Notes: generated by a model not told the origin, from the letters alone. A DNA stretch of 64,000 nucleotides from Ignavibacteriaceae bacterium (GCA_963667005.1 OY762937.1:1689279-1753278), one strand, 5' to 3'; shown: positions 36,883 to 46,337, counted from the first letter of the stretch. A program made the numbers and translations.

Positions 36883-38529
36883 ATGAAGATATACAAAAAC
36901 ATACTTGCATTTTGCGCTTTGCTTAGTCTGCAAACTCTGCATGCACAACAGCCGGCATTTCCGGGAGCGGAAGGCGCAGGAATGTATACCGTAGGCGGCC
37001 GCTATGGTGATGTTTATCATGTTACCAATTTAAATAATTCAGGCAGCGGGTCACTTCGTGATGGGGTTGAAACCGCGCCTGATAACGGTCGAACAATAAT
37101 TTTTGATGTTTCAGGCAACATTTCACTTTCTTCCTCACTAAAGATTACCAAGTCTCACATTACTATAGCAGGACAAACTGCTCCGGGTAAAGGTATTTGT
37201 CTGAAGGATGGCCGCTTTATAGTCGCGGGAAATGATATTATTATCAGGCATATGCGCTTTCGCCCAAGCCAATCAGGCGGTGATGGCGATGCTCTGAATA
37301 TATCAGGCACGAATCTTATTATTGATCATTGCAGTGCTTCGTGGTCATCGGATGAAGTTATGAGCACTGCCGAGAATGCAAATAACAATATTACACTGCA
37401 GTGGAATTTGATATACGAAGGCCTGAATATTTCTTATCACTATGAAAACGGTGTGCTGCTCGACCACTCAATGGGTTCCCTGCTTTCCACCTCGATTGAC
37501 GGTGGAATGATATCTGTGCATCACAATTTATATGCACACAACAGAACCAGGAATCCCAAACCGACGGTAAGCGCTGAAAACATTGCCTTAAATTTCGATT
37601 TTAGCAATAACATTATATACGATTGGGGAGATAAAGCAGGGTACAGTTCGGATGACTCGCTGCACTTTGTTAATATGAATTACGTAAACAATTATCTTAT
37701 AGCCGGCTCATCAACAAAAGCAAGTAAGTGCACGACTGCATTCAACGGTATTGCATCCAGCACACATATATTCCAGAGCGGCAATAAAATAGACGGTAAC
37801 CGTGATAAAGTTCTTAATGGTACGAATATCGGATGGGGAATGTTTGAGGGTGATTACAAGCCGATGAATACTGCCTATGTATTACCCGGCATCCGGACGG
37901 AATCAGCCGATTCAGCATATAATGATGTATTGCAGTCCGCCGGAGCGTTCTGGTGGAACCGGGATTCGGCAGATACACGGGTGATAGCAGATGTGCAAAA
38001 TGAAACAGGCAGTATTATTAATTTGCAGTCGGACGTCGGTGGATGGGAAAATTTGCCAGTACTATCCCGGCAGGTAACCTGGGATACCGATAAAGACGGT
38101 ATGCCGGATACATGGGAGGTGGATCAAGGACTGAATCCGAATAGTGACGGGGATGCATCATTACTGTGTGCTGACGGATATACGAATCTCGAGCATTATA
38201 TCAACGGGATTATTCCAGCTGTAACGACTGATGTATCTTCTTCAGTAAATAACCGGTTACAAATTTCGAAATTTGTGCTACACAATAATTATCCAAATCC
38301 TTGTAATCCCGGTACTACAATTTCTTATTCCATTCCACAGCAAGGCCGTGTGCGGATTCGTGTCTTCAATACATTGGGTAATGAAGTTTCATCTGTATGT
38401 GATGAAATACAAGATGCCGGTCTGCACAATACATATATCGACGCATCACACTTATCAAGCGGAGTATATTTCTATCAGGTTGAGTACAATAATAACCGGC
38501 AGTCAAAAAAGATGGTGCTGCTGAAATGA
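36883..38529 (+). CDS. PL1-like pectate lyase with acidic Ca-binding-type insert, T9SS cargo [gene G]
   Basis: 548 aa with FPGAEGAGMYTVGGRYGDVYHVTNLNNSGSGSLR, TIAGQTAPGKGI, DGDALNISG...IIDHCSASWSSDE and HNRTRNPKP. A TSP3-like stretch (DTDKDGMPDTWEVDQGLNPNSDGD) and the T9SS tail follow. Confidence 0.75.
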   Translation: MKIYKNILAFCALLSLQTLHAQQPAFPGAEGAGMYTVGGRYGDVYHVTNLNNSGSGSLRDGVETAPDNGRTIIFDVSGNISLSSSLKITKSHITIAGQTAPGKGICLKDGRFIVAGNDIIIRHMRFRPSQSGGDGDALNISGTNLIIDHCSASWSSDEVMSTAENANNNITLQWNLIYEGLNISYHYENGVLLDHSMGSLLSTSIDGGMISVHHNLYAHNRTRNPKPTVSAENIALNFDFSNNIIYDWGDKAGYSSDDSLHFVNMNYVNNYLIAGSSTKASKCTTAFNGIASSTHIFQSGNKIDGNRDKVLNGTNIGWGMFEGDYKPMNTAYVLPGIRTESADSAYNDVLQSAGAFWWNRDSADTRVIADVQNETGSIINLQSDVGGWENLPVLSRQVTWDTDKDGMPDTWEVDQGLNPNSDGDASLLCADGYTNLEHYINGIIPAVTTDVSSSVNNRLQISKFVLHNNYPNPCNPGTTISYSIPQQGRVRIRVFNTLGNEVSSVCDEIQDAGLHNTYIDASHLSSGVYFYQVEYNNNRQSKKMVLLK

Positions 38530-40082
38530 TAAAAAACGGAGTTACAAAATTTTCTCTTTTGTTGTTAGGCTGCATTTTAACAATAACAGTACATGGGCAG
38601 GATGTTAATAATCCGGCTCAGGTTTTACAAAGAGTAGGAAGCTACATCATATCTCAAACTTCCGATCAGGTTATAGACAAATCTACAAGCTCTGTAATTT
38701 CAAATCCTGATACGACAAGCATCAATAAAAACGCGGTATATAAAAGTGCATTCAATGACTGGGTATATCCCAACGGGGTAATGCTTTATGGTATGATGCG
38801 GGCAGGTGAAGTTGATACTACCTATCGAAGCTTTTTAAATTACGGCATCAAAAACTTCAGCGTAATATTTAAAAATTATTCGTATTTCAAAAAATTATAT
38901 GCCGCTTATAAGGTTACTTCGGGGAATAATTGCTATAAACTATATCGTATGAGTTCGTTAGATGATTGCGGAGCAATGGGCGCTGCTTTGATTGAAGCAT
39001 ACGACTTACAGGGAAGAACCAATACTGATTGGCAGCCCACAATAAACGCGATTGCAAATTATATTTCGACAGGACAGATTCGGCTGTCCGATGGAACTCT
39101 TTACCGGGTAGGTCCATCATCACAAACGATTTGGGGTGATGATTTGTACATGAGCGTTCCTTGCATAGTACGCATGGGAAGAATAACCGGACAGCAAAAG
39201 TACTACGATGATGCGGCACGACAGGTTACTCAGTTTTATAAGAGACTTCTACAAACCGATCTGGGCATTACTCACCATGGTTACTATGCTGATTCTGTTA
39301 AACCTTCAAAGGCTTACTGGGGCAGGGCGAACGGATGGATGATGGTTGCAGCTGTTGAAGCTTATAATGCCATTCCTGTGACGCAAGTTAACCGGGACAG
39401 TATTTTGATGTTCATCAAAGCACACATCAACGGAGTATTGAAGTATCAGGATTCAACAACAGGTCTCTGGCACAACCTTCTTGACAAGAGCGACTCATTT
39501 CTTGAGACATCCTGTACGGCAATGTTCACATACTCAATTGCGAGAGCAATAAACGAGGGATGGCTTGATACATCCTATGCACAGTATGCCCGTAAAGGTT
39601 GGGCAGGAGTAGCTTCCAAGGTAACAAGCGACGGTCAGGTCAAAGGAACTTGTCAGGGCACAAGTATGTCGGAAGACCTGACATACTATTACAACCGTAC
39701 CTCGCCGGATAATGACCCCCATGCATTTGGTCCGGTGCTTCTTGCTGCATCTGAGATGGTACGCTTACAGAAAAAATTGAACGTAACGGATATAAAGGAT
39801 TTCAAAAAAGATGAAGGATTCCTGTTGGAACAAAATTTTCCGAATCCTTTTAATCCATCTACAAAACTTACATATCATGTTCATCAATCGGGGCACGTGA
39901 ATATGGTGCTGTATGATTCTATCGGTAACGAAGTATCCAAACTTGTCAACGAGTACAAATCTCCCGGAGATTACACGTATTCGTTGTCAGGTGAGAAATT
40001 ACATCTTTCGAGTGGAGTATACGTAGTACGACTTCAATCGGAAAAGCAGGTTCAGGCAATTAAAATAGCTCTTATTAAGTAA
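38526..40082 (+). CDS. Unsaturated rhamnogalacturonyl hydrolase-like (GH105/GH88 fold), T9SS cargo [gene H]
   Basis: 518 aa. ATGA overlap with gene G. Motifs IWGDDLYMSVP and YWGRANGWMMVA are typical of the YteR/YesR-type (alpha/alpha)6 hydrolases. T9SS tail present. Confidence 0.75.
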   Translation: MIKNGVTKFSLLLLGCILTITVHGQDVNNPAQVLQRVGSYIISQTSDQVIDKSTSSVISNPDTTSINKNAVYKSAFNDWVYPNGVMLYGMMRAGEVDTTYRSFLNYGIKNFSVIFKNYSYFKKLYAAYKVTSGNNCYKLYRMSSLDDCGAMGAALIEAYDLQGRTNTDWQPTINAIANYISTGQIRLSDGTLYRVGPSSQTIWGDDLYMSVPCIVRMGRITGQQKYYDDAARQVTQFYKRLLQTDLGITHHGYYADSVKPSKAYWGRANGWMMVAAVEAYNAIPVTQVNRDSILMFIKAHINGVLKYQDSTTGLWHNLLDKSDSFLETSCTAMFTYSIARAINEGWLDTSYAQYARKGWAGVASKVTSDGQVKGTCQGTSMSEDLTYYYNRTSPDNDPHAFGPVLLAASEMVRLQKKLNVTDIKDFKKDEGFLLEQNFPNPFNPSTKLTYHVHQSGHVNMVLYDSIGNEVSKLVNEYKSPGDYTYSLSGEKLHLSSGVYVVRLQSEKQVQAIKIALIK

Positions 40083-40251
40083 CAAATACTGCCGGTATAC
40101 GGTGGTTGTGCGGTGTTAGGCTCGAAGAGATAGGATGAGATAGAGTATTAACAAGCAACAGTTGCTTTTATTGCAGATGCATCGGTATGATCGTTAATGT
40201 CGGATACCCATGCAATATTAAACAACTAATTTAATTCAATAGGGAATCTCT

Positions 40252-40509
40252 ATGATACAAAACTATCCGAATCCGTTTAACCCATCAACGGTAATCAGCT
40301 ATCGTTTGTCAAATGATAGCCATGTGATGTTGAAAATTTTTGACGCGCTCGGCAGGGAAATTGCTACCTTGTTAAATGAAAACAAGATGAAAGGCGAGCA
40401 TGAATTTCATCTTGACGCAGGAAATTATAACCTGTCAAGCGGCATATATTTCGTGGAAATGACAGCGGGAACAAATGTTTCAACCATCAAATTAGTATTG
40501 GCAAAATAG
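40252..40509 (+). pseudogene. Stand-alone T9SS C-terminal sorting domain (orphan CTD; gene remnant or mini-ORF)
   Basis: The 85-aa ORF is nothing but a CTD (MIQNYPNPFNPSTVISY...SGIYFVEMTAGTNVSTIKLVLAK). An in-frame TAG sits 9 nt upstream of its ATG. There is no signal peptide or passenger domain. Its stop abuts the next ATG (TAGATG). Confidence 0.6.
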
Positions 40510-42051
40510 ATGAACCTGTTCATCCGCATCATAGTGATTAGTGTTCTGCTGTGGAATGTTGTTAATTCAGCTCAGACAGTTGATAGAACAACCCTTAAAG
40601 GGAAGGTTATGTGCGGGTATCAGGGGTGGTTCGCGGTGCCGTCAGATAGTATAAACCGGGGGTGGTACCATTACCAAAAGTCGGGAGTATTTCAACCGGG
40701 GAAATGCTCGGTTGATCTCTGGCCGGATGTCTCCGAATTGGATGCTGACGAACGCTATGCAACTTCTTTCGTCCTTTCTGATAATTCAACTGCGTATGTC
40801 TATAGTTCACAAAACAGAAAGTCCGTTGTTCGTCATTTCAAGTGGATGCGTGACTATGGAATAGATGGTGTATTTATACAACGGTTTGTCACTGAAGTTA
40901 ACGGGGCAGGGTTACAGCAGTTCAACAACGTACTTGCCGCGTGCCGTATCGGGGCAAATCAATATGGACGCTCATTTGCAATCATGTACGATCTCTCGGG
41001 TATGCAGGCAAATCAGATGTCTTTAGTGATGAATGACTGGAAGACACTTGTTGATAAGCAAAAAATCACCAAAGACAGTGCATATATCTATCATAACGGA
41101 AAACCGGTTGTAGCTATATGGGGCATCGGATTTAACGACAGTAGAAAGTATACGCTGCCTGAGTGCCAAACCTTGATAGATTTTTTCAAAAAAGATACGA
41201 CGTACGGCGGATGTACGGTCATGGTCGGAGTGCCTACATACTGGCAGATAATGGATAAAGATGCAGTAAAAGATACTGCGCTTTTAACAACGATAAAGAA
41301 AGCCGACATTGTCAGTCCCTGGTTTGTTGGACGGCCTGCTGTTCCTGATGATGCGACGAACCTTGTAAAGAACGTACTTGCGCCTAATATAACATGGTGC
41401 AAGCAATATAATCTTGAATACATGCCTGTTGTTTTCCCGGGATTCAGCTGGTACAATATGAACGCCGGAACGCTGAACCAAATACCGCGCCTCAAAGGGA
41501 AATTTTTATGGCGGCAGTACTATGAATATATCAAGGCCGGCTCGACAATGCTGTATCAGGCGATGTTTGATGAAATGGATGAAGCAACTGCAATTTTCAA
41601 ATGCACAAATAACACGCCGACGGGTGCAAGTCTTTTTGTAACATATGAAGGATTGCCATCCGACTATTATTTAAAAATGGTAGGTGCCGGTTCTAAGATG
41701 CTGCGCGGTGAAATTGCTTTGAAAGATACCATTCCCGTATCAGTCACTGATATTCATGACGCAAACATGGGAAAAGCAAACGCATTTCAGCTTGGACAGA
41801 ATTTCCCGAATCCATGTAATCCATCAACGGTAATTCGCTATACGGTTCCGCACAGTGAATTTGTAACGATAAAATTATATGATGTAACCGGTAACGAAAT
41901 TGCAACATTGGTTCAGGGCGAGAAACCAGAAGGGATGTATGATCTTACCTTAGATCAGAATATCATGGGGAAACTATCTTCCGGTGTATACTTCTATAGA
42001 ATGACAGCCGGAGATTTTACCGGTACAAAGAAACTGCTTTATCTGAAGTAA
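40510..42051 (+). CDS. Putative glycoside hydrolase (GH71/GH99-like TIM barrel; family unverified), T9SS cargo [gene I]
   Basis: 513 aa with a signal peptide. The N-terminal GKVMCGYQGWFAVPSDSINRGWYHY...DLWPDVSE pattern is recalled from GH99/GH71-like uncharacterised hydrolases. T9SS tail present. Confidence 0.55.
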   Translation: MNLFIRIIVISVLLWNVVNSAQTVDRTTLKGKVMCGYQGWFAVPSDSINRGWYHYQKSGVFQPGKCSVDLWPDVSELDADERYATSFVLSDNSTAYVYSSQNRKSVVRHFKWMRDYGIDGVFIQRFVTEVNGAGLQQFNNVLAACRIGANQYGRSFAIMYDLSGMQANQMSLVMNDWKTLVDKQKITKDSAYIYHNGKPVVAIWGIGFNDSRKYTLPECQTLIDFFKKDTTYGGCTVMVGVPTYWQIMDKDAVKDTALLTTIKKADIVSPWFVGRPAVPDDATNLVKNVLAPNITWCKQYNLEYMPVVFPGFSWYNMNAGTLNQIPRLKGKFLWRQYYEYIKAGSTMLYQAMFDEMDEATAIFKCTNNTPTGASLFVTYEGLPSDYYLKMVGAGSKMLRGEIALKDTIPVSVTDIHDANMGKANAFQLGQNFPNPCNPSTVIRYTVPHSEFVTIKLYDVTGNEIATLVQGEKPEGMYDLTLDQNIMGKLSSGVYFYRMTAGDFTGTKKLLYLK

Positions 42052-42059
42052 ACCTACGT

Positions 42060-43091
42060 TTAACTCTCTTCAGTCGGTGATTCCCTTATAGCTTTATTCA
42101 ACTCGATAATTGCGGTATTTATTGCTGTAGCAATCGGAACCGCTAACAACATTCCCGGTAATCCCAAAAATTGTTCGCCTGCGATAATGAGCAGAATAAT
42201 TATCACGGGATGAATATCCGTACTTTTCGAGAGTACAAACGGCTGTACAAATCCGTTGTCGAGTATGTATATGATAAACAACAAAACAATCAACCAGGGA
42301 GCAGCCGAAAAATCACCACGCTGAATAACCGATATGATTAATGCCGGCAAACCGCCGATGACCGGACCGAAATAGGGAATAAGGTGGCCGCATCCTGCTA
42401 TGATACCCAGCAGCGGGGCATACGGAATACCAATCAGATGAAATCCTACGCCGCACGAAACACCGATAAATGTTGCATCTATAAGCCAACCGCGAACGTA
42501 CCGTTCCATTTTCGCGTTGACTCTATTAATAACTTCTTTAATGATGTCTCTATATGCTTCCGGGAATAATACAACGAATCCCTTAACAAGTACATGCTTG
42601 TCTTTCATAATAAAGAACGCAATGAACGGGAATATGACAATGACGATGATCAAACCGAGGATGTTGGAAACATAAGCGGGGAGATGCCCGCTGAGATTTT
42701 TTACTGCATCGGTGATAAGTGAAGCGATCAAGCCCTTTTCAAAAAACGGGAATGACTTATGCAGACTGTTCTCTGCAAGTTTGATCTGCTGTTGAATCAC
42801 TTTCGGATCAAGGAGTCCCTGGAGGCTCGCTACTTGTTCAACGAGGACGGGAATTACGAATGAAAGTAAAAGATAAATAATGAATCCGACCAGAAGGAAA
42901 ACAAATGTTGTCCCTAATGCCCGGTTGATTTTGTATTTTTCTAAAAATGTAATAAGCGGTTCAAAAATAAAAGCAAATAGAAAGGCAATCGCGCAAAGGA
43001 TTACAGCCTCTGAGAAGAAGTACAGGATGGCAAAAAAGAATACGAAAACTACGCTATAAATGATGGCTAGCTTTTGAGAGGTCTTATTCAT
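42060..43091 (-). CDS. AI-2E family transporter (PerM/UPF0118)
   Basis: 343 aa with about 8 TM helices and the layout typical of the family. It is convergent with gene I, with an 8-nt gap. Confidence 0.8.
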   Translation of the reverse strand: MNKTSQKLAIIYSVVFVFFFAILYFFSEAVILCAIAFLFAFIFEPLITFLEKYKINRALGTTFVFLLVGFIIYLLLSFVIPVLVEQVASLQGLLDPKVIQQQIKLAENSLHKSFPFFEKGLIASLITDAVKNLSGHLPAYVSNILGLIIVIVIFPFIAFFIMKDKHVLVKGFVVLFPEAYRDIIKEVINRVNAKMERYVRGWLIDATFIGVSCGVGFHLIGIPYAPLLGIIAGCGHLIPYFGPVIGGLPALIISVIQRGDFSAAPWLIVLLFIIYILDNGFVQPFVLSKSTDIHPVIIILLIIAGEQFLGLPGMLLAVPIATAINTAIIELNKAIRESPTEES

Positions 43092-43092
43092 A

Positions 43093-43314
43093 TTACACCG
43101 CCTCGACTCTTCTGATGCCGGGAATTTGACGCATCAGTGCGCGTTCTATGCCTGCCCGCAGAGTCATTTGCGACATTGGGCATTCAGTGCAGGCACCCTG
43201 AAGCTTTACCTTCACAATGCCGTCTTCGCTTATTTCGACAAATGAAACATCCCCGCCGTCTGCCTTTAAATACGGACGAAGACCTTCCAACGCCTGCTTT
43301 ATTTGCTCTTCCAT
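43093..43314 (-). CDS. NifU C-terminal-domain (Nfu-type) Fe-S scaffold protein
   Basis: LRPYLKADGGDVSFVEI...LQGACTECPMSQMTL is the Nfu CxxC motif. The start is moved to the internal Met (MEEQIK) because the 14-codon extension in the track ORF is Y/I-rich. Confidence 0.8.
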   Translation of the reverse strand: MEEQIKQALEGLRPYLKADGGDVSFVEISEDGIVKVKLQGACTECPMSQMTLRAGIERALMRQIPGIRRVEAV

Positions 43315-43448
43315 GAAATAAACCGCTTTATTGATATAGTAAATATAATAAAGCATGAAGCAATAAATTCACAAAATGTAGATTTGCGAAAATCATCATG
43401 CTCCGCTCAATGTTAATTCAGTCATTTTGAACTAGGGGAAAGAAACGT

Positions 43449-43578
43449 ACCGCAAAGGCGCAGAGACGCGAAGATTTTTTATTAAATACTAAGGCACCGA
43501 GTGCTTAAATAACTCCAATTTGACCAATACATTTCTCCCGCGGTTCAAAAATACTTTGCGCCTTTGCGTCTCTGCGGT
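43449..43578. repeat. CGCAAAG/CGCAGAG-unit inverted-pair element
   Basis: ACCGCAAAGGCGCAGAGACGCGAAG (43449-43473) can pair over 25 nt (2 mismatches, 3 G:T) with CTTTGCGCCTTTGCGTCTCTGCGGT (43554-43578). The same family occurs at 55805-55892. Confidence 0.5.
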
Positions 43579-43683
43579 TAAATGTGACGAAATTATGCTT
43601 TTCGCGTCCAATTTCCCGGAATTCCGGCCTGAATCTAAAGCGGAAAATCCTTATCTTTACTATTTATATATTAATAATTTGTA

Positions 43684-45378
43684 TTGGATATGCGGCAAAG
43701 TAAAACATTTATACCGACGTTAAAAGAAACACCGAATGACGCGACTGTTCCGAGTCACGTTTTAATGCTTCGTACAGGCATGATCCGCGCTTTAGGCGCC
43801 GGAGTTTATTCATTTCTCCCGCTCGGATTCCGGGTGGTCAAAAAAGTCTGCGAAATTATCCGTGAGGAAATGGATGCGATAGGCGGACAGGAATTTCTCC
43901 TTCCTGCTTTGAATCCTGTTGAAATCTGGCAGGAGACAAACCGCGTTGAGGCTTTCGGTGATACAATGTTTCATGTTAAAAACCGCGATTACGTTTTAGC
44001 GCCAACACATGAAGAAATTATGACCTATCATGTACGCAGAGCGGTAACGTCGTATAAAGATTTCCCGCAGATCTGGTATCAGATACAAACAAAATTCAGA
44101 AATGAACCCCGTCCGAGAAGCGGCGTTTTGCGCGGCAGACAGTTTATTATGAAGGACGCTTACTCATTTGATACATCATGGGAAAATCTTGATGCGTCAT
44201 ATGATTTACACAACACTGCATATCACAAAATATTCGATCGCTGCGGCCTGAAATATTTTGTCGTTGGTGCCTCAAGCGGAGCAATGGGCGGCACTGGTTC
44301 CGAAGAGTTTATGGTGAAAGCTGACGCAGGTGAAGATACCGTTGCACACTGTGAAGCATGCGGTTATGCTGCAAATGTTGAAGTGGCAACTTCAGTCGCA
44401 CCTGTTAAGGACAGAGATGCAGAATCGAAAGCCCTTTATGAAATCTCTACACCGAATGTTAAATCAATTGATGACCTGGTTGCATTCCTAAAAACTGATG
44501 AAACTTCATTCGCTAAGTCGCGTATTTATATCGTTGATAATGAACCGGTCATGGTTCTTATGCTTGGTAATGATGAAGTGAACGAGACAAAACTTGAAAA
44601 AGCACTCGGCACAGCCTTCCGTCCTGCTCATCCGGACGAACTGAAAGAATTATCTGGTGCTGATGCAGGGTCAATTGGACCGGTTGGATTCCCGAAACGC
44701 ATCATTGCCGATCTGCGCTTGAAAGATGCCAACAACATGATCAGCGGTGCGAATAAAAATGATTACCACCTCGGCGGTATTGATTTTATCCGTGATATTC
44801 CGAAAGCTGAGTACTTTGATCTCCGTACCGCAAGAAGCGGGGAGAAGTGCCCGCGTTGTGGTGAAGAACTGCAGGTGTTCACCGCTATCGAACTTGGACA
44901 TATTTTCAAGCTTGGTACAAAATATTCCGCATCCATGGGCGCTCATTATACTGATGAACAGGGCGAAGAGCATCCTATCATCATGGGTAGTTATGGTATC
45001 GGTGTTGAGCGTGTTATCGGCTGCTTCATCGAACAGCATTATGATGAAAGCGGTATTGTTTGGGATAAGAACATTGCCCCGTTCCATGTACATCTTGTCG
45101 GTTTGAATATGCGTAAGGAAAGAACTCAGGAAACCGGCGAAAAGATTTACAACGAATTGCAAAAAGCAGGCATCGAAGTACTTTTCGATGACCGTGTAGA
45201 TATTACAGCAGGATTCAAATTCAATGATGCTGATCTTATCGGTTTACCGGTACAGGTTATCGTCGGAGAAAAGAAACTTGCCGAAAATAAAGTTGAAGTG
45301 AAGCTCAGAAAAACAGGCGAACGATTTGATGTCGCTATTGACGAACTTACTGCTAAGTTGAGAGAATTATTAGGTTAG
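43684..45378 (+). CDS. proS: Proline--tRNA ligase (bacterial type with INS editing domain)
   Basis: 564 aa, opening with SKTFIPTLKETPNDATVPSHVLMLRTGMIR. Class II motifs, an inserted editing domain and a C-terminal anticodon-binding domain are present. Confidence 0.95.
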   Translation: MDMRQSKTFIPTLKETPNDATVPSHVLMLRTGMIRALGAGVYSFLPLGFRVVKKVCEIIREEMDAIGGQEFLLPALNPVEIWQETNRVEAFGDTMFHVKNRDYVLAPTHEEIMTYHVRRAVTSYKDFPQIWYQIQTKFRNEPRPRSGVLRGRQFIMKDAYSFDTSWENLDASYDLHNTAYHKIFDRCGLKYFVVGASSGAMGGTGSEEFMVKADAGEDTVAHCEACGYAANVEVATSVAPVKDRDAESKALYEISTPNVKSIDDLVAFLKTDETSFAKSRIYIVDNEPVMVLMLGNDEVNETKLEKALGTAFRPAHPDELKELSGADAGSIGPVGFPKRIIADLRLKDANNMISGANKNDYHLGGIDFIRDIPKAEYFDLRTARSGEKCPRCGEELQVFTAIELGHIFKLGTKYSASMGAHYTDEQGEEHPIIMGSYGIGVERVIGCFIEQHYDESGIVWDKNIAPFHVHLVGLNMRKERTQETGEKIYNELQKAGIEVLFDDRVDITAGFKFNDADLIGLPVQVIVGEKKLAENKVEVKLRKTGERFDVAIDELTAKLRELLG

Positions 45379-45384
45379 TTACAG

Positions 45385-46332
45385 ATGAAAGATAAAAAAA
45401 TCTACGTTGCCGGTCATACCGGAATGGTCGGTTCAGCAATATGCCGCGGCTTGAAAGCGCACGGCTATTCAAATATTATCGGCAAAGATATATCCGAACT
45501 TGACTTAACGCGTCAGGCAGATGTTGAACAATTTTTTGCCGCTGAAAAACCGGCAATGGTTATTGTCGCTGCTGCAAAAGTCGGCGGTATTCAGGCAAAC
45601 AACACGTATCGCGCACAGTTTATCTATGAAAATCTGATGATAGAATCAAATATCATTCATGCCGCACACGTAAACAACGTTGAAAAATTGATCTTTCTTG
45701 GAAGCTCATGCATATATCCGAAGCTTGCTCCCCAGCCGCTTAAAGAAGAATATCTGTTGAGCGATTTTCTTGAAGCGACGAACGAACCATATGCAATTGC
45801 AAAGATTGCAGGTATTAAAATGTGTGAAAATTATTACCGTCAGTACGGCGATAACTTTTTCTCCGTAATGCCGACGAACATGTACGGCCCGTATGATAAT
45901 TATAATCTTGAGACCTCGCATGTTATGCCTGCGATGATCCGGAAATTTCACGAGGCAAAAGTCAATAAAGCTGAAAAAGTGACGCTGTGGGGTACAGGCA
46001 CTCCGTTCCGCGAATTCCTCTATGTGGAAGATTTAGCTGATGCTCTCGTTCACCTTCTCGAAAGCGTCAACGCTGCTGATTTTTATGGTAACGGTTATAC
46101 TCACGTAAATATCGGGACCGGAAAAGATTTAAGTATCGCCGATCTTGCTCAGTTAGTTGCGAAGGTTGTAGGCTTTGAAGGAAAAATCGAGTATGATTCG
46201 ACCAAGCCGGACGGTACACCGAAGAAACTTCTTGATGTAAGCAGAATGTCGGCGCTCGGTTGGACATATAAGACCGAGCTTGAAGATGGTTTACGGCTCG
46301 CGTATAACTGGTTCAAAGAAAATTATAAATAA
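45385..46332 (+). CDS. fcl: GDP-L-fucose synthase
   Basis: 315 aa SDR-type enzyme with KIYVAGHTGMVGSAI, GSSCIYPK and YAIAKIAG (YxxxK), typical of Fcl/WcaG. Confidence 0.9.
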   Translation: MKDKKIYVAGHTGMVGSAICRGLKAHGYSNIIGKDISELDLTRQADVEQFFAAEKPAMVIVAAAKVGGIQANNTYRAQFIYENLMIESNIIHAAHVNNVEKLIFLGSSCIYPKLAPQPLKEEYLLSDFLEATNEPYAIAKIAGIKMCENYYRQYGDNFFSVMPTNMYGPYDNYNLETSHVMPAMIRKFHEAKVNKAEKVTLWGTGTPFREFLYVEDLADALVHLLESVNAADFYGNGYTHVNIGTGKDLSIADLAQLVAKVVGFEGKIEYDSTKPDGTPKKLLDVSRMSALGWTYKTELEDGLRLAYNWFKENYK

Positions 46333-46337
46333 AATTA

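Noticed and set aside
44671-45162. 163-aa antisense ORF inside proS, and similar ones in the GH gene (41091..41495), aguB (4663..5259) and leuS (16685..17026).
   Set aside because: They lie opposite highly conserved housekeeping or enzyme genes and have no motifs. They are typical shadow ORFs.
45385-46332. fcl (GDP-fucose synthase) without gmd, as a hint of a glycan-synthesis cluster.
   Set aside because: It is a single gene between proS and a terminator with no glycosyltransferases nearby. The partner gene is probably elsewhere, so it is not treated as a finding.
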